DNA of 64,000 nucleotides from Salisapilia sapeloensis CBS 127946 (taxonomy: Eukaryota > Protista > Oomycota), in NCBI GenBank assembly GCA_023334545.1, contig JAADVB010000026.1, positions 53,086 through 117,085 on the forward strand, in the 5' to 3' direction. The notes beneath the pieces are model-generated. The model was not told where the DNA came from. It made no database searches and was given only the letters and a program-made list of their open reading frames with translations. Both the position numbers and the translations under genes were made by a program. Numbering within the stretch: the stretch's first letter is position 1; each line of letters starts with the position of its first letter. Positions 50,422 to 62,406 of this stretch are shown piece after piece.

Positions 50422-52194
50422 TTACTTGGCAACGTCAAAGACGAGATCCGTGATGCGATGCAAATTGATACTGTCCAAATGTCCCTATAACATTTATATG
50501 AGTACTTGTACGAGATAGAGATGACGAAAGAACCTACAGCTTTCATCTTCTTCACGGCATGCAAGTACACGACTAGTGCATGGAAACAATTCTCCGCGCC
50601 CTACAAGCACATCAGTTTCATATCGACAGTCTTGTGAATCATCGACCTACCGGTACGATCTCTCGCACGGAGCTCCGGACGAGAACTTTAAAATGTGGAG
50701 ACCGATGGACGGTCTTGACGAGGTAGATGCGATTGCGCATCTTGGGTGTAAATGGCCGTCGAGGTCCGGTGCTAAGGAAGTAGTGTTTCCAGAACGGACG
50801 ATCGCGCTCATTATCTGCTGGAAGGACGTTATCTAAGAGACAGCAAAAGACATTCATGACGATCTCTGCGTCCGTCGGCAGAGCTTCCGTCCACTCTTTT
50901 CCTTTCCAATTCGCACCTTTATCCCATCGAAAACGATCTAAATTCCGGTCTCTCGATAACATCATAAGACGTTCAAGAACGTACTCTTGACGTTCTAAAG
51001 ATGACACTTCACTACTTGCTATATCACCGACGTTCAAGTACTTTTCGAAGCTACGGTGCTCTTCAAAGAGGTACACGCCTCGAGATTTTGAATAGAACGA
51101 CGGACTCTTTGTGAGACCGTGAAGCATGTCTGAGAGAGAGACGTTTGATAGTTGTTGGGATTCACCTGGAGGACACAATAGCGCCTGAGATGGCTGACGA
51201 CGAAGCAAGACGTCTGCCAAGACACCACACTCGACTAGTTCGTTCGTGTTTTGTAGAAACGCTTGGACGACGTCCTTGAGATGATACGCAAGGAGGCGAC
51301 GGACGTTGCGACAATAGATGTGCATGAATAGGTGGAGACCCCACTCCTCTAGCTGCTTCCATGCGACGTGCGGGTGGGACGACGTCTGGAGCGCATCTTC
51401 TTCTGCGACCGGGAGCTCCAAGTCACGAGCATATGGGTCGAATCCTGTCGCCTGGTACACGCGCTGGAGCATACCTGCGGCGCCGAACATGCTGTAGCCT
51501 TCCGTACTGAGGGACGGAGGAGCGCTATAAGCTGCAGATGACCGGAGAGATTCCTCCGTCTCTTTCTGCTGTCGCTCCAATTGCAGACGACGGAGGTATG
51601 CCTTACCGTCTTCGAATGTCTGAGGCTCTGCGTCGTCAAAGAAACTACGCTGCGTTGGTGTCGAGAGAGCTGTGGTAGTCGATCCACTGGCAGCATGCGA
51701 TCGAAGCGACTGGAGCTTCATCACTTCGTCCACTGCATATGATACAATCTGAGTACTTGCTTCATTAGAAACTAGTGGATAAAGAGTATACGTACGAGCT
51801 GCTCTTGGGTCTGAGACGTCTGTCGGAGCAGACACAGCAGTGTCTTTGCTGGCCATGTACTACATAAGCATGACTCAGTATCCTTATAACGCCACCTACT
51901 ACCATTATCTAGCTGTACCTGTTTGTAAAAGGTCTCTAGGAATGTCTGTGTCTGTACTTGGGCACATCGGAGTGCAACGACGATGGAAAGGTAGAAGAGA
52001 CCGTGGCCAACGAGAGCCAGGAAGCTCCAGGTCCAGGAAGCGCTCCATTGGAAAGATACGATCTGCCACACGCTCGGAAGCAAGACATATAGTACGAGAG
52101 TCAATAGCACTGCATACGACCCGAGCGTCGAGTTATAAGTCTCCTGCAGACGCAGACGGATCGACGCGTCCTCGAGCGACGCCAATCGGTCCAT
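50422..52194 (-). CDS. TMEM209-like (CytochromB561_N family) nuclear envelope protein, multi-exon
   Basis: Two N-terminal TM helices. 'FRWDKGANWKGKEWTEALPTDAEIVMNVFCCLLD' resembles the TMEM209 'FRWxxGG...WxxxLPTDxxI' motif. 3' exons (GAENCFHALVVYL; GHLDSINLHRITDLVFDVAK*) were inferred by hand. Confidence 0.7.
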
Positions 52195-53403
52195 TTCGTG
52201 TAAGCTTTCGGTGTTCTCGTCTCTTGGAATTTGTATATATGCAAAAATGGCACGCGATTGGTGGAAATATACGGTACAATGATGGTACTAGTAACCTAGT
52301 AGCTATCATAAGTATGCCAAGTGTCCGTTGGATGCGTCGATGGGAGCTGTTCATATTAAAATATGAGTCTCTCGAGTGTGTCTCGAAATCGATTCCAGTA
52401 TGACAACTTGCATAAGACTATCGAATCAAGAGTATGGGCATTTATTGCCATTTCCGTTTACATTTACTGACTACCGGCTATTATAAGCGAAAACGAAAGA
52501 GCATTGGCATCCGTACTGATCTCCCGTATGTGCTCAACAATATATTGGTGTAGACCGCTACGCATATCTGCAGCACATGTGCCGCATAGCGTTCCGCCCA
52601 CATGAATCCCTCACAATACCGCCGACGTCCCCTTTTTCGTATGTATATCTCCAATCGTTCCGTCTTAGCGCTCTCATATCTTCGCTCCGAGCATCTTCTT
52701 GTGTTCATTTCGGTCGTCGAAATGTCCGTTGTCAGCTGCCTTCATAGACTCCTTCAGGTTGCCTTGCCAGTTTGGTTAAATGCAAGTCATTTCAGTCATA
52801 CTTCGAGCTCCCTTCGGATGACCGACACACGTTGACGAAGGAGTGACCTCGAGGAAGACCCGGCCTCCCCGGACATCTTGCACGTTGAGCCCGGATTGCT
52901 TATGTTCGGTTGCGCACTGTGGGGAATCGGAGAAAGAGCAGTTTTGTTCAAGGCTCGAAAGAGAAGATGTGACATTAGGTTGGAAAGGTAGCCAAAAGGT
53001 TCGAGACGACTACGATGGATAATGTAGATAGAGAAGAGAAGATTGAAGATAAGCAAGAATCAGCACTGTCCAGCGCGAAAAGTCTCTAAACTGCAGCTAT
53101 ATTCCTCTTCCATCCATTGCCCTTCACAATATATCGAGAAACTAATAAGATTACCTTACTGCTACCATTCCGAGGACTGCTCGGCAAAGTCCTCTTTGTA
53201 TTCTATTTCCCGGTAATTCATTTTTGGCAGTCTAAAATGTACATTTAAGAGGTCTAGCGATTCAATGAATCGCTGTAGGAAAGTTTGAGTAGAACTAACA
53301 ATAACTTGTTTTTGTACTTATTTATTCTATGGTCACCCTTGTCCTCTATTATCTACTCCATTCGCTTCCAGACACAAAAACATCATTAAGTAGCTCTAAG
53401 ACC

Positions 53404-55186
53404 ATGGCGACGGAGACCATGTGCGTCGAGTGCGAGGACACGGCGGCGGCCGTAAGATGTGAAACCTGTCAAGATGTCTATTGTGAACTCTGCTTTGAAG
53501 ACCAGCATCGCGCAGGTACGCGTCGTACGCACAAGACAACGTCCTTAGGCACGCCTGAGATCGAATCCAAGGACGCAAGCCACGATGCTACTTCCCAGCC
53601 TCTTCCATCACAACTTCCTCCAGCACCAGCCACAAAAGTACAGGACACAGGTGCAAAGGCTCAGTCGACAAAACCCAAGGAGCGACAGGTCAATCGAACG
53701 GACGTGCAGGACGATAGTGACGACGAGTCCGACGGGCTGGACGAAGTGTCCGTGCTCCTGCGATCAGCCAAGTACATTCCATTGCGTCTGTCGGAAGAAG
53801 AGCGTGCTTTATATACTCTACTAGATGCATCTCTAAACGTAAGCGAGTACACGGATAACGTCGACGTTCTATCGTATCGTTCGCCCGTGAAGCGCATCTT
53901 ACAGGAGCTCGCGGAGGCCTTTAGCACCGTGTCGGGCATGATGATCGCGAACGACTTTCGTAACGGCCGTCGACTCGTACAGGATAAGAAACTAGAGGAC
54001 AATGGAGACTTTTTCCGGACGCTCTTTGAGATCGGGAGGCGATACAAGATCATGAATCCAGGTACACCTCCTTCCCTCCAACCTCGTGTGCATGTATTAA
54101 ACAATTAGAACAGAACGTATGCGGAATAACTATGGCAAGATGATCTACTTGCTCCAAGATGCGAATCTCAAGGAGATTCGGAAGCAATTAGGTTTCTCGA
54201 GCGTCGGTGACATCCGTACGGTTGGCCAGCTACTGAAAGAAAAGGACGGGAGCGACCTCCTACAAGACGCTCGATGCGACATCGCGACGGCAGTCATCAC
54301 AGGCGACCCATCCACTGCCAAGGTGCATGCAGAAGAGAAGAAGCACGCGATGGAAGACCTCATCGCAGACTACACTTCCCACACACTATCGGAAGCAGAT
54401 ATTCGTCTATGTCTAGAATCCATTGGGGATAGTAAGAGTTACATTGCATCCAATCGTACGCCCATCACACGTATGATCGAGTACCTCCAGACGTACTTTT
54501 CTCCTGATAAGATCGAACAGCCTTTTAGTCTCGAAGTACGTGCTGGGAAACGCGGCGCGAGGTTGTCGCATAGCCACTCGACACAGTACGAGTACGTCCT
54601 CCAGAGTCTTTTGCTCTGGCGGAACATCACTGCATCGATGCTGCGTCTGTGGTGGGCCGTCGAGTCCGACCTCCTCGGCGGATCCATGTACAGGCTCAAG
54701 GACACTGGGCAAGGGCTCAATCGCGTGCAACATGCGCCTACGACCTCGAGACTCGTGCACGACATCTTGCACGAGACTCAACGCGCGCATAGTCGATGGA
54801 TCGGCTCTTCGGTCGTGCATCTAGGCGACCGCGACGTCCCGAACGCACTCATGTTTATCGACAAGTACACGCAGATCTCTCGTATCCTCAGTCCAATTGT
54901 CAATACGTTGGATGAACTAGAAGAGCTCAGTCATAAACCAGAGACACAGACGTACATTATCGATGGCTTTGGTGGCGTCGAAACACTTCGGAAGACGATC
55001 CTGTGCGATTTCTTTCAACATGGATTCGACGGTAGTGGGGCAGATAACTTTTTCGATGCTGGATCATGCATCGACGGTCGATTGACGAGTGCTTGGAACT
55101 GGTGTTCTCAGATTGAAAAGAAATCCTTTTTCCACGTTTTCCTCATGGCTGGCTTCGTCGGCTTTGACGGACAATTCGAAAAGTAA
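53404..55186 (+). CDS. UPF0652/DUF2009 protein with N-terminal B-box zinc finger, 2 exons
   Basis: B-box CVEC...CETC...CELC...HRAG..RRTH. DUF2009-like AKYIPLRLS, FEIGRRYKIMNP|ERMRNNYGK, RLSHSH, HLGDRDVPNALMFIDKY, FDGSGADNFFDAGSCIDGRLTSAWNWC. Intron at 54062-54113. Confidence 0.85.
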
Positions 55187-55280
55187 AAGATGAGAAAGAA
55201 TATACTTTGCTATTCTCGTCTTGATTGAAACTGTCGTACATGACCCTCTGTGTCCTCTAGTATTTCCTTCATTTATCATC

Positions 55281-57179
55281 ATGCGATTCCTATCGCTCCT
55301 TCTCTTCATGCAAATAGTTGACGCACAGAATCAGTGCTCTACTAGCTGTGGTCTACCGTCCGGACTGTCCTTTTGTCGACATATATCGTACGCTGTCTGT
55401 AAAGGAGATCAAGGCTTCCTTGCGCAAGATCTTGAGGCGAGACGAGCAGTCGGGAATTGGACGAACGAGCCGATGGCTACTTATCTACTAACGTCCTTGC
55501 CGCAGTATCGTCATGCGTCCAAGTCGAGACAGAAGTCTATTATCGCTGCGATGAACTTGACAGACACCCACGGTGCGTGCTCTAATGTCTTACGTCGACT
55601 CTATTGCTCCATCCACCTCCCAGTGTGTGAGGTTGCCAAGGACGTATCGCGACTATGCTTGGAATCGTGCGAAGAAGCAGTAGATGAAGAATGCCCAGGG
55701 CTCGCGAATGTCTGCTCGCTAGTGCAAGAGGAAACTGGTGAACTCGCCGAGATGGACCTGAAGTGCGTCCCGTTTGATTATAATGGTCCTGCCGTCGGTA
55801 TGTGGGTGGCAGGTTTCCTCATCTCGCTTGTCTTTTCAGTACTTAACTCGGTTGGGATCAACCTCCAGAAGCTATCTATGCGTAGAAATGCTTCTGCTCG
55901 AACTAAGAAACATACATGCAAACAACCGCTATGGGTACTCGGTTTCGTCCTCGTCTGTTTAGGCTCGATCCTTGACTTTGTGGCGTTTGGTATGGCGCCA
56001 CAGACACTGCTGGCACCGCTTGCAGCACTTTCACTCGTCTGGAATATGCTCATTGCTCCATCTTTCCATAAAGAGCGAGTCACGAGGCACAACTTGCTTG
56101 CTACGTGCATTATCTTCACGGGTGTCACGCTCACAGTCATCTTCGCTGGACACAGCACGCCTTCTTACGAACTACAAGACCTCATCAAGTTGTACCAGCA
56201 GCCAGTCATGTATATTTACATTGCCTGCGTCGTTTCGTTTCTCGTCATCTTGTATCTGCTCTGCATATACATTGAACGCAGTGGTAAGCGCGAGAATGGC
56301 CTCATGCACATCGTATGCTATGGAGGTATTGCTGGCACATTTGGAGGCCAAAGTGTGCTGTTTGCCAAGTCAGCAGTGGAATTGATCAAGAGCGCTGTGT
56401 GGGGAGATGCAGGAAACGAAATGTTTCGTCATTATGCCTACTACTTGATCAACGGATCGCTTGTCATCTGCTTGCTGTGCCAGATCCGCTTCCTCAACGG
56501 CGGTCTAGCTCGCTTCGATGCACTCTTATTGTAAGCTTGCTTCACAAAGATATATCCTATCGCTTTTGTACTGATAGATACATTCTAGGGTACCTGTCTA
56601 TCAATCGTTCTGGATCCTCATGAGCGTACTGGGCGGAATCATGTACTTTGAAGAGGTAAATTCTTCTCATCATTGACAAGAGTAACCCAGAGATTATATG
56701 CTCATGCCCTGCTATTGACATGTAGTACGCTCATATGACGAGTTTTCAGATCCTCATGTTCACCATCGGTGGTGTGATCACGATCACAGGGATCATCGTT
56801 CTCCTCGTAACACGAAAGAAGGGTGTTGACATGCAAGACTCAGTAGCAAGCAGGAAAGGAAGTCAATATGTAGAAGTGGTGAGTGGTCCCGTGATTACCG
56901 TTGCCCAACTCTGATGTCCGCGACGGCTGACGGTTCTTGTAGCAGGGATTGACACCTTCTGATGCTTGGGACGTGGATGACTCGGAAGATGAAGAGATGG
57001 AGGTATTCCTTGCCAAAAACACAAAGCCATCTTCAAGTGAAGCTAGCTCAAAGGCGACCGTCGCCAGGTCACCTGAGAGACTAATAAACCAGAGTGGATC
57101 CATACGCGATAGCCATGCTGCTTCCACGAACGTAGATCTTAATAGTAGTGAAACTTCAGGCGAAGAAGAGTTCGTATAG
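55281..57179 (+). CDS. NIPA/DUF803 magnesium-transporter-like protein with signal peptide and N-terminal Frizzled-type Cys-rich domain
   Basis: Signal peptide MRFLSLLLFMQIVDA, then a Cys-rich region (C..LRRLYCSIHLPVC...LCLESCEEAVDEEC), then NIPA motifs GINLQK, LWVLGFVL..LGSILDFVAFGMAPQTLLAPLAALSLVWN, QSVLFAK, ALLLVPVYQ. Three short 3' introns inferred. Confidence 0.8.
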
Positions 57180-57276
57180 GTCGGATGAAACTAGTAATAT
57201 GAATTCAAAGAGAGTTTCATTTCCTGTAACGACTTTGAGACCCTGCACAAATCAGCTCACTAAAGAAAGCATAGCG

Positions 57277-58793
57277 ATGGCGGCGAGATATGCAAAGGCT
57301 ATGCAAGTGCCGGAAGGCTTTCCATCCGTGCTACGAGACTTTGCTCGAGAAGCGTTACGACTGCAAGGAAAGATGGAGACTCGCGATGCCATCTACGAGT
57401 TTGGATTACAATATTTTAAAGACGCATCGTCTAAGCAGAGGAAGGGCGAGAGTTCCGAAAGTGGTCATGATGACGGCCTTCTTAAGCGAGGCGAAGATAT
57501 GCCGACTTACAAGCGCTACTCTCAAGAAGAAGTTAACAATATCGTCGACCGCTTCTTCGACAATGCGTACAATACGAACGACGGTCTCATTCGTATCAAC
57601 AGTCTGAAGCATGTGAGTGGAATTACTCATTCAGTATTCGCATGCATCTCTTTACTCATGCTATCTCAACTGGTAACCTAGATCCTGGAAGAGCTTGGAC
57701 AGAAGCTACAACTTTCAAATGTGGAATTGTGTGCTCTGTACGCGGAAGCGGATCAAACAGAGGAAGGGTTCGTTCAACTAGAGGCATTCTTGCCGCTCGC
57801 TAAGCAAGCTCTTGTGCGTCTTCGAACTACACTCACTGCTCGTCGTACACGCACTGAGTCTCTGCAGGCCAAGATGAATGACGAAGACGTTTTACTCCAT
57901 GGCATGATGCAAGACGAGATGGAAAGCTTACTGCAGGAAGTGTTCAGTCGATCGGATCCGAGCAATTCCGGTGTCCTTCTCTATCCGGATTTCATGGGCT
58001 GTCTCCAAGACATGGATCTCGGACTGTCGCGACGAGAAGTAAACGCTCTGGCATTCGAAGCCCATTGTGACGAAGCAAATAACGTCTCGTATCTGGACTT
58101 TGTACCTTTATGCTTCCCAATGCTCAAAGCCGCGTATTTGGAAGGCGTATTGGAGACACCAAATGACCAGGACATGCTCCTGCAGTATCTGATGGAAGTC
58201 TTTGCCGGTGGAGACAGTGAGGTGACAGGTCTGCTCAGTATTAACGACCTAGTTCAACTTTTCCACAGCGCGGACCTCGGTCTCACTCGACTCCAGATTG
58301 CTATCATCTTGAGTGAAGCCGAAGAAGACAAGAGTGGCTTCATCCCGTACCAGAAATTCCTCGAAACAGTCATAGGCATGGTCCAAGTGCTCGTGAGTTT
58401 CGACAGTCAGCAGCACTTTAGCTCTTTCCTCCGTCAATACCGATCCTCTAGTGATTTCTACACCGTCCTAGGCACCAATCAACTCTCCTTCGAAGTACGT
58501 CCGAGTACTACCAATTGTCTAATACAAGTCTAACCTATCCCTTAATCATGTAGCAATCTATCGCGGATGCCCTCGAGCCTCTCGATGAAGAGAAACGTGG
58601 ACTCCTATCAAAGCAAGAGGTCACAGATGCTCTCCGTAGTACATTCCCTGACATGACACATCGACAAGTCCGGACGGTGCTATCTCTATCCGAAGTCGAC
58701 GAAGTGGGTGACGTCGAGTACTCATCGATCGTCCACTCTGCCTTCCCAGCACTACAAAAGCTACAAGAGTACGATCAAATGATAAACGAGTGA
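57277..58793 (+). CDS. RIIa (dimerization/docking) domain plus multiple EF-hand protein, likely flagellar (RSP7-like)
   Basis: N-terminal 'QVPEGFPSVLRDFAREALR' RIIa pattern. EF-hand-like loops DQTEEGFVQLE, DPSNSGVLLYPDF, DSEVTGLLSIND, EEDKSGFIPY. Introns near 57614-57681 and 58496-58553. Confidence 0.72.
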
Positions 58794-58838
58794 AGAGGGC
58801 AAATATATACATTTCCTTGTGATTGGCGTTTATGTGTT

Positions 58839-61160
58839 TCAAAGGTGTGTGTCTCGGTCATGCCGGTCAAAGCCAGAGTTCGGGACCATCATGATCTCAT
58901 GCATCTTCCGCTGGAAACGCGTCGCATAGTGTTTCGGTGGAGCAGCCGAGATCCCGTCGCCATCATGTCGTAGGAACAAGACCTTCCACAGCCGCTCAAG
59001 ACGCTTTTCCCACGTCCATGTCTGGAGCATATCGATGACACCGATCGTATAGTAATCTGGCCCAACGACCGCATATGCCTTATAACCAGGCTTTTCAATC
59101 GTCCGATGTCCTTCCCACGGCGTTCGTTCCATCATCGAAAAGCTCTTTTCAAACGTCCCGAAGGACCCGCTACTCCTACTGATCCCATTCCGATCGCCTT
59201 CGACCAAGGGCGTACTGTCTTTATCCATGTCCACAGCATTGTCCTCATGGTTCTGAACGATCGAGTATCGATACGCTCGTTTGAACCCTTTTTCCATCCC
59301 GCCAGGACCATGCTCTTCTTCTGAAGACGACGGCGTGAGATCGACATCCCCTCGGATATTCTCTCGATAACCATCATCTTCCGGTCGACAGATCGCGTGA
59401 TTCACCTTCCGTTTCGTCGGAGCGTTGAGTAGACTCGATGGATTGAACTCGGTGTGATCAATGACATACTTGGTGCTATGGACGCTCAAGAGAAGACTAT
59501 AGTCCATCACACCTTGGCCACATAAAAAGTTACTATCCTTTTCTAACTGATCTACGACGCGCCTCGCCGTCTCTGGAAGCACACGGAGCTTCCGATGGAA
59601 ATCGTTATCTTTCAAAACGACGTGCGGTAAGTGGGTCCCACGGATACTATATGGACATGGCTCGGTCGAGCCGTACTTGAACGGGTGGCTGCAATACGTG
59701 CAGATGACTGTCTTCCCAGGCGGCACGGGCGGTGCGTTCCGGTCGATCCAAGAACCTTTTAAGTCGTAGAACTCGTGCATACTCACGGGACCAATGGCGT
59801 TCCCCATGACAACGAAATTAAAGACTTGGCCGTACATACCGATGGAATGGCAGCCATAGAAACGAGTCAAGTGGCTCTCCGGCTGACTCTTCATGTACTC
59901 GACATAGTCCGGGAGCATATTGAGCAAGACGGTTCGTTCGCTCTTTGTCACGGACTTGACGACGAACGCATAATCTGCAGTATAGAACATAAATGCACCA
60001 GAGGAACCTCCAGACTGGATACGTTCATGACATGTCGCCATGAACGAATGTCTATATCTACTTTCTTTGATACCAAAACCTTTGCGAATGTCTCGAAACC
60101 AGGATGGACTATAGTCATTAAATCGAACAGTCATGCCGAGTTCATGAATACGAAAGCGAACGACATGACGCTGTGCTTCTCTCGGTTTCGAAGCGTTGTT
60201 GGATGCCGCGACGACACCTCTCGTCGTGAAATGCAGCACTTCCTTACGTAATTCGACGTTCAATTGCGGCTGGAGATCGACATCCATGTCGCTACTTTCC
60301 TCGGAAGAGCTGATGATGTCGCTCGGATGCTTCCACTCCTTCCACCATCGGACAAGCGGCAATTCGTTCGTCGACAGCCAGATGACGAGATCGATGAATC
60401 CCTTGGCAGTCTGGAGGAACATGGCGATGTTCCGAGCTGTTTGCAAGTAATCTGGAGCTCGATAAGCGAGGAATGCAATATCAGTGACCCAGAGCGAGAT
60501 GAGTACGAGCTGGTAGATCGTATAGGCGACGGTGAAGACGCGAGCGCCTCTGATGACACCTCGTTTAGCTTTCCGAGCTTCTCTCGCACCGTGAAACGAA
60601 TGTGACTGTGCTTCACGAATAGCAAAGAGGATGGCACAGAGGACGGAGAGAACGACGACGCAATAGTAGACGAGTAAGAAGCCTGTGTCGTTCTGATCGA
60701 TAAAGCAGCCTCCTGGGTCGTTAGTCGATCGAAACGACAGATTCGATAGCCATAATGCTGCAGCAAAGAGCATACCAGTGACCCACGAGAAGAGATGATA
60801 CAGACGCATGTTTTGCTGCAGGTTGGTGAATGGGTTCGTGACGCACTGATAGAGGTCAAAAGCGACACTAATGAACCAGCATTCGGATGAAAAGACACAG
60901 AATTGGGTCAACGTCGCGAGAGATCGACAGCCGAGCGGACCAACGAACGCGTCCCAATTGTACTGGAATCGCATGGCGTACGCGAGGTCCGTGACCGATT
61001 TCCAGAACATGAGTGGGTTTGGATGACGACGACCTTTTCGAGTCGAGAGGTAGGATAAAACGATGAAGGAGCAACTAATGACGGAGATGAAGGCCCCCGT
61101 CTGGACCCACGCAGGGTCCGCCGTGACCGTGTCCCGGAAGAGCGAGGCTCTGCTTCCCAT
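58839..61160 (-). CDS. GPCR-PIPK fusion (7TM cAMP-receptor-like domain plus phosphatidylinositol phosphate kinase)
   Basis: Seven hydrophobic segments in the first ~265 aa. PIPK motifs GGSSGAFMFYT, FVVKSV, LTRFYG, YDLKGS, LKDND, VMDYSLLL, YTIGVIDMLQ, PPKHYATRF. Confidence 0.92.
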   Translation of the reverse strand: MGSRASLFRDTVTADPAWVQTGAFISVISCSFIVLSYLSTRKGRRHPNPLMFWKSVTDLAYAMRFQYNWDAFVGPLGCRSLATLTQFCVFSSECWFISVAFDLYQCVTNPFTNLQQNMRLYHLFSWVTGMLFAAALWLSNLSFRSTNDPGGCFIDQNDTGFLLVYYCVVVLSVLCAILFAIREAQSHSFHGAREARKAKRGVIRGARVFTVAYTIYQLVLISLWVTDIAFLAYRAPDYLQTARNIAMFLQTAKGFIDLVIWLSTNELPLVRWWKEWKHPSDIISSSEESSDMDVDLQPQLNVELRKEVLHFTTRGVVAASNNASKPREAQRHVVRFRIHELGMTVRFNDYSPSWFRDIRKGFGIKESRYRHSFMATCHERIQSGGSSGAFMFYTADYAFVVKSVTKSERTVLLNMLPDYVEYMKSQPESHLTRFYGCHSIGMYGQVFNFVVMGNAIGPVSMHEFYDLKGSWIDRNAPPVPPGKTVICTYCSHPFKYGSTEPCPYSIRGTHLPHVVLKDNDFHRKLRVLPETARRVVDQLEKDSNFLCGQGVMDYSLLLSVHSTKYVIDHTEFNPSSLLNAPTKRKVNHAICRPEDDGYRENIRGDVDLTPSSSEEEHGPGGMEKGFKRAYRYSIVQNHEDNAVDMDKDSTPLVEGDRNGISRSSGSFGTFEKSFSMMERTPWEGHRTIEKPGYKAYAVVGPDYYTIGVIDMLQTWTWEKRLERLWKVLFLRHDGDGISAAPPKHYATRFQRKMHEIMMVPNSGFDRHDRDTHL

Positions 61161-61208
61161 ACTGACACTTGTATTGTGTAGGATGTCGCTATCTTTGTAG
61201 AACAGTCG

Positions 61209-61222
61209 AAAAGACCAAGTGA
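61209..61222 (-). promoter_or_regulatory. Inr-FPR element upstream of the GPCR-PIPK gene
   Basis: Minus strand TCACTTGGTCTTTT fits TCAYTYBNNNWTTY, about 50 nt upstream of the ATG at 61160. Confidence 0.55.
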
Positions 61223-62031
61223 AAAGGGGTTGATGTCCACTATTTTACGTTCATAAGGAGGGAGGTGGACGGCAGATGACACATCATCTTGATGCCAAGC
61301 ACCTCATGGATATTAGATACTAGACGTTCTACCTAGGATAAAAGGAATGCGTAGTTGAGAGGTAGTTGCACGCTATGAAAGTACATGTTCGACTGGAGTA
61401 AAAGTACTTGCTATTGAATATGAGGACATGAAAGAGGTTTCGTGTCGTACGTAAAGAATCGATTGGAAAACGTCGACCCAGTGCTAATGGCGATGTGCAT
61501 GCGATATATTTCAAGTGTACGGTTGGATCGATGTGGGACGAAGATACACGATTCTGCCTTTGATATTAGCTTATGTACACGCAAGCAGGTACTAGATCGG
61601 TCATTCGTCAGGTTTCCACGTTGGTCATTAGCTCGTGACGCTTGTTCAAGTTCGACGACGACAGACAGGCTACGGGCTACTTGACCATCGTAACAACCTG
61701 TAGGGACTATATGGCTCGACTATCGACTTGCTGCGCCATAAAACTCCATGGAGTCGATGAGGCTAGAAGCTGTGAAAAATTAATTTCGAATCAGAGAAGA
61801 ACGACGATGGCAGTCATCAATAGCGACTTCCTCGACCGTATCGATGGGAATGATAGGCAGACTGGATAGCACACAATCCGATACGAAAGTATATCCTGTA
61901 CGCATATCGTAAAGATAGCAACATCTTGTACATTCATGACATGGAAGCACAGTACACCTCAGTCTTTGATCATAGCTTTGGATTAAAACAGTTTAGATGC
62001 AATTCAAATGCCCATCAATGGGTTAGCCAAA

Positions 62032-62406
62032 CTACTGCGGAGCTTGCTGCTGTTGCGTAGATACAAAGAAGACAAAGGCTAGAAATACAAGAGCTCTCCA
62101 GCCAAAGAGTAGAGTCAGCAATGCAGCGAGAGCCAGATGAATCTTTTGGATGGGCCGTGCTGGCATTCCTAGTATACTCGGGATGGTAATAGCACCTTCT
62201 AAACCCAACGATCTCGCCATGTTCTGCAGTGGTGACGGCTGCGGAGGCGCAGGAGCTGGCTGCTGCGTCTGCTGCAGTCGAGAGCTCGTGCCGCCAATCG
62301 TACCGAATCCTCCTTGCGCCGGCCTCGCAGCATTGGAGCCTGCCTTGCGTTCCCGGACGCGCGGGTCGTCGTCCGAGACGATCTCTCCGTTGATAATGTG
62401 CACCAT
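62032..62406 (-). CDS. FAM241/DUF4605-like small membrane protein
   Basis: N-terminus MVHIINGEIVSDDDPRVR matches the family's MVRILANGEIVQDDDPR motif. C-terminal TM 'ALLTLLFGWRALVFLAFVFFV'. Confidence 0.75.
   Translation of the reverse strand: MVHIINGEIVSDDDPRVRERKAGSNAARPAQGGFGTIGGTSSRLQQTQQPAPAPPQPSPLQNMARSLGLEGAITIPSILGMPARPIQKIHLALAALLTLLFGWRALVFLAFVFFVSTQQQQAPQ

Noticed and set aside
61200-62030. Short ORFs or a possible element between GK and FAM241-like
   Set aside because: No terminal repeats, transposase motifs, RNA-gene signatures or convincing splice structure.
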